From: Phycisphaerae bacterium
GTDB lineage: Bacteria > Planctomycetota > Phycisphaerae > Phycisphaerales > UBA5793
Length of the DNA: 64,000 nucleotides
Reading direction: 5' to 3'
Assembly (NCBI GenBank): GCA_039794345.1
Contig: JBDIVQ010000001.1
Span: 31,072 to 95,071 of the forward strand
Part shown: positions 54,418-63,222 of the stretch, piece after piece
Position numbering within the stretch: the first letter of the stretch is position 1
Layout of the letters: every line of letters starts with the position of its first letter
The notes under the pieces: generated by a model
Databases searched by the model: none
The model's input: only the letters and a program-made list of their open reading frames with translations
What the model was told of the DNA's origin: nothing
Translations under genes and position numbers: made by a program

Positions 54418-55098
54418 ATGCAGATTGAAACGCCTGTCGAAGGCGGGTCCGGTGAGGGAAGTCCTCAACAGCCCGGTCGCATCCTCGCCTTCCTGTTCTG
54501 CGCGATGGTCCTTCTGGCAGGCGCGATGATCGTCAACATCGGCTGGCAAGGTGTCGCCACTCAGCACCTGGTCATCACCTCCCGATCGGGCGGCTCCTTT
54601 CAGCCGACCGTATCGACTTCAACCGTCTACACCGGCCTCGCGGCAGTGCGAGTCGGTCTGGGGATGGTGGCGGGCGGGCTGCTTCTGGCTTCGTGGAGCG
54701 TCGCGTGGGCCGCGTCCGTGATCAAAGTTTGGCGGCGCGGCGCGGCGGCATATCAGCCGAATCGCCTGCTGTCGTGGCTGTCGCTGGCGCTGCTCGTGCT
54801 GACGTTCATGCTTCTGCTTCCGCCGTGGCTTGCAGTCAACGCCGCCGTGTGGATCGCAGTGATCTCGGCGCTCGTGCTCATAGGGGTGCAGCGGCGCCAA
54901 GGCGCTGCGTCCAGCATCGGTAGGGCGATTTTCATCACGGCTGTCGCATTCGCCCTTGTCGCGCCCGTGCCGGCATGGTCCGTAGCCTCCGGTCTGCTGC
55001 TCTTCGGCGGCGTCTTCGCGCACCTCTTCACTCTGCGCTGCCCACGGGGCGCCTCTTGGACAGCGCTCGCCGCGAAGCACGCTCTAGCCCGGTCGTGA
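54418..55098 (+). CDS. Hypothetical multi-pass membrane protein
   Basis: ~6 hydrophobic segments; RBS GGGAGG; no family recognised. Confidence 0.6.
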   Translation: MQIETPVEGGSGEGSPQQPGRILAFLFCAMVLLAGAMIVNIGWQGVATQHLVITSRSGGSFQPTVSTSTVYTGLAAVRVGLGMVAGGLLLASWSVAWAASVIKVWRRGAAAYQPNRLLSWLSLALLVLTFMLLLPPWLAVNAAVWIAVISALVLIGVQRRQGAASSIGRAIFITAVAFALVAPVPAWSVASGLLLFGGVFAHLFTLRCPRGASWTALAAKHALARS

Positions 55099-55248
55099 CG
55101 CCATCGCATCGGCATCGCAGGAGCTGATCCCGGCGAGACCCGCGGCAAGCCCTGCTTGACGCGCCAGCGACCGAGGGGGCACCCGGCTCGATTCCATTTC
55201 AGGTGGCTCGCGCTCATCGCGGTCTGATGTTTATGCACGGCCGGCTTG

Positions 55249-55746
55249 TCAGGAGTCGATCGCGGCCGCCTGGCCCGCCAGCGACTCAGGCGTTCCGGAG
55301 CACCGGCCGTTGGACTTCAGTCGCTCCGACGCCAGCCTTCCGTGCAGATGCAGGGAGACGCGGTCAATGCGCACGCCCAGCCTCTCCTCGACATCGCGCA
55401 GCAGGTCCTCGGGGAGTCGCGCCAGCAGCCGCTCGCTCAGGTCGCGGGGCACATCGTGAATCTCGCCTGTGTCGTCGTTGAGCAGGTGCAGGTGCGGCTG
55501 GAGTTCGGCGTCGTAGCGGGCGCAGCCGCAGTTAAACGTCAGTTTCCGGCACAGACCCGCATCGCAGAGGGCTTCGAGAGTGTTGTAGACGGTGGCGAGG
55601 CTCAGGCCGTCGCACTCCCCGCGAACCTGCTCGAAGAGTTCCTCGGCCGTGGGGTGGCTCATGCTCGCCCGGAGGCGTTCGTAGATCGCCACCCGCTGCC
55701 GGGTGCAGCGCAAGCCGTGGTCCGCAAAGAGTCTCCGAACACCCAT
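55249..55746 (-). CDS. Fur family transcriptional regulator (PerR/Irr-like)
   Basis: TRQR, HPTAEEL, SLATVYNTL, RYD....HLHL...TGEI.DV. Confidence 0.85.
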   Translation of the reverse strand: MGVRRLFADHGLRCTRQRVAIYERLRASMSHPTAEELFEQVRGECDGLSLATVYNTLEALCDAGLCRKLTFNCGCARYDAELQPHLHLLNDDTGEIHDVPRDLSERLLARLPEDLLRDVEERLGVRIDRVSLHLHGRLASERLKSNGRCSGTPESLAGQAAAIDS

Positions 55747-55839
55747 CAGGAGATGTTACGGCGCTGTGAACCGCAGAGCCACCGGATGTTGCCCCCGCGG
55801 ACGCAGCCATCGCCGGGGCGGCGAGGGGCCGAGTCCTGT

Positions 55840-56226
55840 TCAGTGCTGCGCGAGCGACTGGTAGAGCATCAGGGCGTGGCCGTCCGGGTCGTAAAAGGTC
55901 GCAAGACGGACCATGCCGGGATACTCGCGCGTCGGCCCGTCAAAGCGGACCTTCCTGCTCTCGAGGAGGCCCCGCGCCTGGTCGATGTCCCTGACGCCGA
56001 AGGTCGGCACCGGCCCGCCGCCGTTCTTCACCTTCTCGACCTGCGAGAGACCGACGTTGACGCGCCCGCCCTCGACGGGGCTTTGCAGTTCGCACCAGCC
56101 GATCTCATCGACGGTGTAGAGATGCGTGAAGCCGAGGACGTCCCGGTACCAGTCGATCGAGCGCTTGAGGTCGGAGACGTCAAAGGCGATGGTCAGTCCG
56201 CCGTCGTAACCGGGAGTCGAGGTCAT
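55840..56226 (-). CDS. VOC/glyoxalase family protein
   Basis: VSDLKRSIDWY, F.V.DID, FYDPDGH motifs; RBS GAAGGAG. Confidence 0.85.
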   Translation of the reverse strand: MTSTPGYDGGLTIAFDVSDLKRSIDWYRDVLGFTHLYTVDEIGWCELQSPVEGGRVNVGLSQVEKVKNGGGPVPTFGVRDIDQARGLLESRKVRFDGPTREYPGMVRLATFYDPDGHALMLYQSLAQH

Positions 56227-56267
56227 GTGTTTTCTCCTTCTGCCGGTCCTCCGGCGGTTGTTTCGAG

Positions 56268-56286
56268 AAGTATAGCCGCTATACTT
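56268..56286. promoter_or_regulatory. Palindromic operator for the HxlR/DUF24 regulator
   Basis: AAGTATAG-CCG-CTATACTT perfect arms, containing GTATA-N5-TATAC, 42 bp upstream of the VOC gene. Confidence 0.6.
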
Positions 56287-56456
56287 TGTGTGTCAAACGC
56301 CCGGGATGGGCGGATCGGGAATAGCGCATGCCAAGGGGCGTCGGCGGCCGCAATCCGGATCAGGCCAGCACGGCCCTGCCGCGGCGCGCGTTTCTCCTCG
56401 CGCTCGCCGCGCTCGTCCTGGCGCCACTGACCGCAGGAGAAGGGACGTTCCCCGCG

Positions 56457-56993
56457 ATGGACCGCATCGATCGCCTCACGACGCTCTTTCACCGGCGCTG
56501 GGCCTGCCCCGTCCTGGCGCACCTTCACCGCGATCAGGGCGCCAAGTTCATCACCCTCGTCAACGCCCTCGGCGCCAGCGCCGGCTCCGTGCGCCAGACC
56601 ATCGATGAACTCATTGACCTCGGCTGGGTGCGGCGCAATCCCGGCTACGGCCATCCGCTTCGTCCCGAGTACATCCTCACCCGGCGCGGCGAGCGGCTTG
56701 CCCCCGCCTGCGACCGCCTCGATCTCGCCACGCGCTCGCTGGCGGTGCAGGACGTGGCGCTGCGCAAGTGGTCCATGCCGGCGCTCTACGTCGTCGGGCC
56801 GGGGCCGACGCGCTTCAGCACGGTGGCCGACACGCTGCCCGGCATCACCGACCGCGCCGTGTCGCTCGCGCTCAGGGACCTGTCCACGGCGGAGATGATC
56901 GAGCGCCGCGTGCTCGCCGGCCCGCCGCCGGGCAGCGCTTACGGCGCCGCGCCGACGGGGGAGAAACTGCTGCCGATCCTCGACACGATCTGA
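56457..56993 (+). CDS. Tandem HxlR (DUF24) winged-helix regulator
   Basis: Two repeats: RRWACPVL...EYILT.RG..L and RKWSMPAL...AYG.AP.G..L.P.L; divergent from the VOC gene. Confidence 0.8.
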   Translation: MDRIDRLTTLFHRRWACPVLAHLHRDQGAKFITLVNALGASAGSVRQTIDELIDLGWVRRNPGYGHPLRPEYILTRRGERLAPACDRLDLATRSLAVQDVALRKWSMPALYVVGPGPTRFSTVADTLPGITDRAVSLALRDLSTAEMIERRVLAGPPPGSAYGAAPTGEKLLPILDTI

Positions 56994-58705
56994 TCCAGGG
57001 CCGCCAGCGCCGATTCGTTGTGCTCGTAGAACGTCGCAGGCTCAAGCGTCCAGCCGCGGCTGAGGCGCTTCTCTTCGCGGCGGAGCATCGAGAGCAAATA
57101 GCGCCCGATGAGCGGCGCCGCCAGCCGCGCCCGCCAGCCGAACTCCCGCTTGATCTCGCCGAGAATCGAGTTGATGCGTTCGGCAAGGCGGGCGTTGGTG
57201 CGGCGGAAGTACGCCCGCGCCGCCCACAGCGCCCCGGCGTAGGTGACGGCCAGGTCGCGCGACTCCCACGTGAAACGGGCCCGGATCCGCGCATCGGCGC
57301 ACTCCCGGTACCGCCGCCAGCCCTGGAGCACCGTCCGAGCGATGCGCACCACGCTCGGCCCGTTCACCTCGAAGTCGCGCTCGAACGCCCGCACGAGCAG
57401 TTCGCCCTCCACCCCCGGGGGCAGATGCGCGTGGCGGTAGTTGAAGCGCAACTGACCGTGAATGTCCGCCTCCTCGTACGCATCCGCCGGCAGCATCGTC
57501 CCCTTCTGCTGGTGCTCGCGGTAGAGCGGCGTGCCGGGAATCGGCGTGTAGAGCATGAACTGGTGAAACTCCGTATCGTGCTCCACCGAGTAGTCGATCG
57601 CCTCATCGATGTTTTCGAGCGTGTGGCTCTCCATCCCGATGATGCTCGAGCCCAGCACGCGAATGCCGTGCGACTGGAGCGTGCGCACCAGCGTGCGGGT
57701 GTCGGTATCGCGGAGTTTGGTGTAGGCGGCGTCCTTGCCTTCCAGGCCCATCCACACCCACGACACGCCGAGCCCGACAATCTCCTCGATCTCGTAGGCC
57801 CGCAGCGCGTTGGCGGAGGCGAAGAGATACAGCGACCATGCCTTGCCCTGCTCGCGCATGAGTTCGAGCAGGCGCAGCGCCCGCTTGCGGTGCAGGAGGA
57901 AGTTCTCATCCATCACGAAGAAGGAGCGGACGCTCATGTCGCGCTCCAGTCCGCACATCACCTCGAAGAGTTCATCGCCGGTGTGGTAGAAGTGGATGCA
58001 CGCCCCCTTGCCGCCGAACATCGCCGAAGTGGCGCAGAAGTTGCACCCCAGCGGGCAGCCGACCGAGGGGATGAGCACGGCGGCGACATCGCCGGGCTTC
58101 TCACGCAGGTTGATGCCCATGGTGCGCGAAGAGAAGCCCGAAGGAATGCGCGGATGGACGATCGGCCGGTCGGTCGCTTCGCCGAGGAAGCGGCGCATCC
58201 ACTCCACCCCCTCCCCGCGCACGATGTGGTCCGCGTCGATAATGCGGTCGAGGTCCGGGTAGTTCGCCACATGTCCGCCGACGATGAGCGTCGCCCGCGG
58301 CTGGTGTTCGCGCACCAGTTCGCACATGTGCCGCACCTTGGCGAGGTTGGGAATGATCGCGCCCAGGCCGATCACGTCGTAGCGCTTCGTGCGCAGTTCC
58401 TCGATGAAGCGCTCGCGCGTGGGGAAGTCCAGCAGCGTGCAGGGCGCTTCGATGTTGGCCTGGATGAGCATCATCCCCCACGAGCGGTGGAACATCCGCA
58501 GCGAAAACGACCGCTGCACGCGCGTCACCTGGTTGTGGTAGAGTTCCATCGGGTTGAGGCGCCGGCTGCCGTATTCGTCATCCTGCGCGTAGGGCCCGAA
58601 AACGCTCGACAGGAGAATGCGGGGGGCGCGATTGCCCCAGGGACGGTGGTTGGGTTGGTGAACGGGAGGAGCCTGGGTCGAAAGGCCGGGGGACGCGATC
58701 GTCAT
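56939..58705 (-). CDS. Cobalamin-binding radical SAM protein
   Basis: B12-binding domain (DVIGLG, LIVGG), GEG, CPLGCNFC cluster motif, MDENF, PIPGT; start MTIAS inferred. Confidence 0.85.
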   Translation of the reverse strand: MTIASPGLSTQAPPVHQPNHRPWGNRAPRILLSSVFGPYAQDDEYGSRRLNPMELYHNQVTRVQRSFSLRMFHRSWGMMLIQANIEAPCTLLDFPTRERFIEELRTKRYDVIGLGAIIPNLAKVRHMCELVREHQPRATLIVGGHVANYPDLDRIIDADHIVRGEGVEWMRRFLGEATDRPIVHPRIPSGFSSRTMGINLREKPGDVAAVLIPSVGCPLGCNFCATSAMFGGKGACIHFYHTGDELFEVMCGLERDMSVRSFFVMDENFLLHRKRALRLLELMREQGKAWSLYLFASANALRAYEIEEIVGLGVSWVWMGLEGKDAAYTKLRDTDTRTLVRTLQSHGIRVLGSSIIGMESHTLENIDEAIDYSVEHDTEFHQFMLYTPIPGTPLYREHQQKGTMLPADAYEEADIHGQLRFNYRHAHLPPGVEGELLVRAFERDFEVNGPSVVRIARTVLQGWRRYRECADARIRARFTWESRDLAVTYAGALWAARAYFRRTNARLAERINSILGEIKREFGWRARLAAPLIGRYLLSMLRREEKRLSRGWTLEPATFYEHNESALAALDQIVSRIGSSFSPVGAAP

Positions 58706-59048
58706 CGAACAACTGCTTTCAGTAGGGCCTGCCTCCGAGGGAGCAAGCGCGGGTGATCGGAGCAGCGCGGGGGCGTGACAGTCCGAACCCGCAGGAGAAC
58801 CAGATGATTGTATCCACTTCAAGGCGCGGGCGTCCGGAGCCCGGGCATGCGCGTCCCGCCCGTACAAACCGGCAAGCGCAGCCGAAGCCAGGCGCAACCG
58901 GAGCATGGGCGTCACGCACGTGCGCACGTGGTCCTTCCGTCAGGTACGGCCGGCTGAAAGGCTCAGCGATTGCGGATGGGAGGGCGTGGGCGCGAAGTCG
59001 TTACACGGGTAGACATGATCGCGGGATGTAGCGAGACGGCGCCGCGTT

Positions 59049-60404
59049 CTACTCAAACGTCCACGTTAGAGTGTGACTGATCTCGCACTCGATCGGTGCG
59101 ACGGCCTGGAGGCGCACTGTGCGGCCGCGCGCCGCGAGGGGGACGTTGAGTGTGATGGTCGCCACGCCGTTCGCGTCGGCCCGCACGGCCGGCAGCGCCC
59201 GTGGATCGCGGATGATGAGCGTGCCGCCGGGGCAGGATGGGCGGATCTTCTGCGCCCCCTCGTGCGTGCCGTAGGCGAGGAGGACTCGCTGGTTGGGTTG
59301 GAGTCCGGCGACGGTGATTGTGTTCATCGTTCCCGCGCGGCCGGGCACGGGATCGGACATCTCGAAGAGATAGGGCGTGACGAGGAAGCCCCGTTCGCGG
59401 CCATCGTCGTACTCGCCAAAGACGGCCATCTGACCGGCGTCGTTCAGATCCTTCGAACTGGCGAGTCGGAGGCCAGGGTGCCTCGGTATCCAGTCATTCA
59501 AGTTGAACAGGACGAAGTCCACACCACGGGGCTCCCAGACCACGGCGTGTTCTTGCCCGTTGGCGCAGCGTGGGTCCGGATTGGACTCGCCCGCGATCAG
59601 ACCGCCGCTGTTGATCGCGAAGGCGGAGGATGAGCACTGGCCCAGGGACGGCAATTCCGTGCGCTCGCCATTGAACCACCTGAAAGGGCCGACTCCCTCC
59701 AGGTGCGCGACCACCTCGTCAAAGTGATTGATGTCGCTCGCGCCTCCGGCCGCATCCAGCGGCTCGCCGCCCACATCAATCATCTGTCCGTCCCGCCACA
59801 GCGTCGGTCGGGACACACCCTGCTGATTCTGAGCCACGCCGACGGCGTGGCCGAGGGCATTGATCGGTCCGAGGGAGCTTCTCGGGCCGCCCATCTGCAT
59901 GGCCTCGGTGCCGCGCCACATCGTCGCGTAGTCGCTTCCGCTGTTGCAGTAGCCGCCGATCTGCGTCAGCGGCCAGGGCTGGTTGTCCGGCGAGTGGGCA
60001 CTGCCGCGCGTCATTCCGGGCAGCAGGTCCAACACATGCGTACCGCTCTGTGCCGTCCAGACGATGGGATGGAACACGGAAGACTCAAGCAATGTCGCTC
60101 GTCCGGTCACCACGCCTCCGTCACCGATTCCATTGACCATTGGTCGCTGGTAACCCTCCGGCGCTGGTATCACGATCATCTCGCCGTTGATCCAGACAAA
60201 CGGCGTGGAAAACAGACTGCCGGATTTGCCGACGACGCGGGCGAAGTCATCGATACCTTGCACGTTCGAGGTCGTCTGCCCCGGCGCGACTCCCAAGGAG
60301 GTCACTTCGTAGCCGGTCACGCCCGCAGGCTGGGCCATGACCGCGAGATCGAAAGTCAATCCGCAGAGAGTGGCGGCCGCGAACACGATGCGAATACGCG
60401 TCAT
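59049..60404 (-). CDS. Secreted HAF-repeat (beta-propeller-like) protein with C-terminal ~100-aa domain
   Basis: Signal peptide; repeats of type A.GIN..G.VVG...A..W..G.M..L; C-terminal PNQRV...DANG...LQA domain. Confidence 0.8.
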   Translation of the reverse strand: MTRIRIVFAAATLCGLTFDLAVMAQPAGVTGYEVTSLGVAPGQTTSNVQGIDDFARVVGKSGSLFSTPFVWINGEMIVIPAPEGYQRPMVNGIGDGGVVTGRATLLESSVFHPIVWTAQSGTHVLDLLPGMTRGSAHSPDNQPWPLTQIGGYCNSGSDYATMWRGTEAMQMGGPRSSLGPINALGHAVGVAQNQQGVSRPTLWRDGQMIDVGGEPLDAAGGASDINHFDEVVAHLEGVGPFRWFNGERTELPSLGQCSSSAFAINSGGLIAGESNPDPRCANGQEHAVVWEPRGVDFVLFNLNDWIPRHPGLRLASSKDLNDAGQMAVFGEYDDGRERGFLVTPYLFEMSDPVPGRAGTMNTITVAGLQPNQRVLLAYGTHEGAQKIRPSCPGGTLIIRDPRALPAVRADANGVATITLNVPLAARGRTVRLQAVAPIECEISHTLTWTFE

Positions 60405-60550
60405 GGAAGGATCTTCCTCCAACGACTCGGTCTGCAACGGAGTATACCAGATCGCCGTCATTCCAAGCCCGGTCTGACAGGTGAAATCAGCAGGGAAACC
60501 AACCTGAAACTGTCCCCTCGGGTAATCCGATCAGTCTCAGGCGCAGCGCG

Positions 60551-60727
60551 TCGCTGCTCACCGTCGTGCAGGGCCGGCACAACCAGAGCATGCTGGACCA
60601 CGGCGTTCTGCTCAAGGCGCACCGCCTCGACCCGAGCGTCGGCGGCGACCTGCTCGTCGGCGACCAACACCTGCACTTCGCCCGCGATGCCGTCCTGCGC
60701 CTGACGTTCGAGCGCGAGGGGCAGTAG
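60551..60727 (+). pseudogene. 3'-terminal remnant of an unidentified gene
   Basis: 58 codons plus stop with strong GC3 bias (SLLTVVQGRHNQSMLDHGVLLKAHRL...RLTFEREGQ*); upstream in-frame stop at 60482 and no credible start with RBS. Confidence 0.4.
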
Positions 60728-60916
60728 GTCAGTTCTTCTTGCGGTCGATGAGATGAGCGACGGGAGGGGGGACATTCCGGCCCGTCGCATCGATTGAGCG
60801 GCGGTCTCCCTGGACCCATGCAATTCGTCGTCAGGAACCCACCGTCCGCAACTGCGGCACTCATGAAGCCTGCGGATTCCCTGTGGCGTGAAGATACGGG
60901 CTTTCGAGTGGTCGAG

Positions 60917-60955
60917 AAAAGCAACCGCCCCGCAGGCTCGGGCCTGCGGGGCGGT
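60917..60955 (-). terminator. Intrinsic terminator of the S8 protease gene
   Basis: 14-bp perfect stem ACCGCCCCGCAGGC/GCCTGCGGGGCGGT followed by TGCTTTT on the minus strand. Confidence 0.75.
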
Positions 60956-60993
60956 GTGTCGGTCGGACGAACGTGTGAGTCAGCGTCGGTCGA

Positions 60994-62760
60994 TCACTCG
61001 ATGACCTGCTCGATCACGTTGGACTTGCGCTGGAACTGGGCGGCCTGCATCCAGACGCGCGTGCCCTGCGAGTTGGGCGGAAGGCGCTTGCGGAGGAGGG
61101 CGTAGCCGTTCGCATCGGTCGTGCGGATGCCCGCGAGGGCGGGGTTGGCGAGATCGATGGTGACGTCCAGTTGCGAGATGTAGGTGGAGCCGGTGCCCTG
61201 CACGCTATAGATGAAGGCGACGGTCTCGTTGGGGTTGGCGCGAAAGACTTCGGCATCGCCGTTGACGCCGGCGACCCAGCGCGAGGCGGTGAGGCGGATG
61301 GGGATGTCGCCGGTCATGGCGGCGACGACGGCCTCGTAGGCGTCAACCATGCCCCAGCCGTAACTGTTGTCCTCGCCCTGCGTGCCGAGGTCGAAGGCGG
61401 TGTCATAGATGATCTGCTTGACCGCCTCGATGCTGATGTCGGGATTGACTTCGCGCATGAGGCAGACGACGCCGTTGATGTGAGGCGAGGCCATGGAGGT
61501 GCCGCTGAGGTTGCCGTAGGACCCGCCGGGCATGGAGGAGCGAACGTTGACGCCGGGGGCGGAGATGTCGGGCTTGATGGCCGGCTGCCCGTTGGGCGTG
61601 CAGTTCGTCGGTCCGCGCGAGGAGAAGGAGGCGATGGGCCAACTGGGGTTGTTGGCGTCCACCGCGGCGACGGCCATGGTGCGATAGTCATCAGTGGCGC
61701 GGTCCGCGGGACGGCGCAGCCCCGAGGTGCCTTCGTTGCCGGCGGAGAAGATGATCAGAGTGCCCGCGGCCTCACAGGCGTCGAGGTGATTCCAGAAGGT
61801 CTGATCGCAGGGCGGATAGCCGTGACCCGTCACCAGGCCCCAGGAGTTGGAGCAGGCGGCGGGAACGTCCCAGTTCGTGTTCGGGTCGCCATCCGGGTCG
61901 ATGAGCCACTGGAAGGCAAGAAGGGAGTCGGAGACGGTGCGCTGGATGCTGACGCGGTCGATGACGGCGGCGTGGATCCAGATGGCGCCGGGGGCGGTGC
62001 CGACTTCGTCGCCGGGCGCGCCGCCGCAGACGGTTCCCATGGTGTGGGTGCCGTGGCTGCCGAAGGCGGTCGGGAAGCGGGTGTTGGTCACCGGATCAAA
62101 CCATGCCCACTCCGGATGGCCGTTGTAGCGCGGGTCGGCAACGCCGGCCCAGCGATCGCGAAGGGCGGGATGGTTGCCGTCCACGCCGGTGTCGAGGGTG
62201 GCGGTGAGCACTCCGTTGCCGTGCACCTGGAACTCGCTCCAGACTTCCGGAGCGCGGATGGCGACCTGGCCGATCTCGGGGGCGTCAAGCCCGCCCTGGT
62301 CGAGTTCAACCTCGTTCGCATCCACGGGGCGGATGAGTTCGATCGGGTAGTTGAAGTAGACGCGGAGCACGTCGCCGCGCTGGGCGAGTTCGATGATCTC
62401 GCGCCTGGTGCCGTCCACGCGGATGACGTTGGAGATCCAGAAGGGCTGATAGTCGGCGATGCGTCCGGCGTCCTTGAGTGCGGCAAGGTGGTCGAGAAGA
62501 GCGCCCTGGGTCGTCGCGGCCTTCTCCTGCAGCGTGGTCACGACGAGGCGGTGCCGCTCCTGAAGGTTCAACTGCACGCGCTCGAACTGGCGGCTCATGT
62601 CCGCGATGTTGACCTGATCGTTCAGGTAGACGAGGGTGGACAGCACATGGTTGTCCGGGGTGTTGCGGATGATCCGGACGAGATCGGGGTCGATCTCGCC
62701 GGCGAGGGCCGGGGCCGCGAGGACCGCCGACACTGCTCCGATGCAGGCCAGTCGTTTCAT
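60994..62760 (-). CDS. Secreted S8 subtilase (bacillopeptidase F-like) with C-terminal ~100-aa domain
   Basis: Signal peptide, propeptide, triad LDTGVD / HGTHTMGT / GTSMASPH. Confidence 0.92.
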   Translation of the reverse strand: MKRLACIGAVSAVLAAPALAGEIDPDLVRIIRNTPDNHVLSTLVYLNDQVNIADMSRQFERVQLNLQERHRLVVTTLQEKAATTQGALLDHLAALKDAGRIADYQPFWISNVIRVDGTRREIIELAQRGDVLRVYFNYPIELIRPVDANEVELDQGGLDAPEIGQVAIRAPEVWSEFQVHGNGVLTATLDTGVDGNHPALRDRWAGVADPRYNGHPEWAWFDPVTNTRFPTAFGSHGTHTMGTVCGGAPGDEVGTAPGAIWIHAAVIDRVSIQRTVSDSLLAFQWLIDPDGDPNTNWDVPAACSNSWGLVTGHGYPPCDQTFWNHLDACEAAGTLIIFSAGNEGTSGLRRPADRATDDYRTMAVAAVDANNPSWPIASFSSRGPTNCTPNGQPAIKPDISAPGVNVRSSMPGGSYGNLSGTSMASPHINGVVCLMREVNPDISIEAVKQIIYDTAFDLGTQGEDNSYGWGMVDAYEAVVAAMTGDIPIRLTASRWVAGVNGDAEVFRANPNETVAFIYSVQGTGSTYISQLDVTIDLANPALAGIRTTDANGYALLRKRLPPNSQGTRVWMQAAQFQRKSNVIEQVIE

Positions 62761-63222
62761 CTTCTTCTCACTTTCCAACGGATGAATGGGTGGACAGAGG
62801 GCACCGCGCCTGAGACAGCGCGGGCGCACTGCCTCCGACGAATCACGAGAGAATACCACATTCCAACCATCGACGCTGGCGGAATGATCCCACTTTTGTG
62901 GATTTTGGCGAGATTCCGGGCCTTGGAGGGCGGTTTGAGGCTCGCGTGGGGGCGGTTGCGGCTTGCCCAGATTCACAACGCGGGTCCAGCGCCCCCCGAT
63001 CGCGGCGACGGAGAGGGGGCATCGGGTTGATTTCCCTGTTGTTCCCGATGAGGGTGGACCCCCGGCGGCAGTGGCATAATCGTTGCGAACAGGAGCGCGT
63101 GCAGACGCGGATCCCTCGCCAGCGGCGGTGAGAGGCGTCGGCAAGCGCGACCTGGTCAAAACTTCGGCCATCCGCGCCGCGAGTTGACCAGTGGCACCAC
63201 ACTGTGGAGATTGGAGACGCCC

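Noticed and set aside
58706-59048. Cobalamin riboswitch upstream of the B12 radical SAM gene
   Set aside because: Only a partial GCCCCCGC word. The GGGAA and ACTGT/B12-box elements were not found.
60485-60545. c-di-GMP-I or glycine riboswitch-like words (GGGAAACC...GAAA, CTCAGG)
   Set aside because: The stems flanking GAAA do not pair and the remaining conserved elements are absent.
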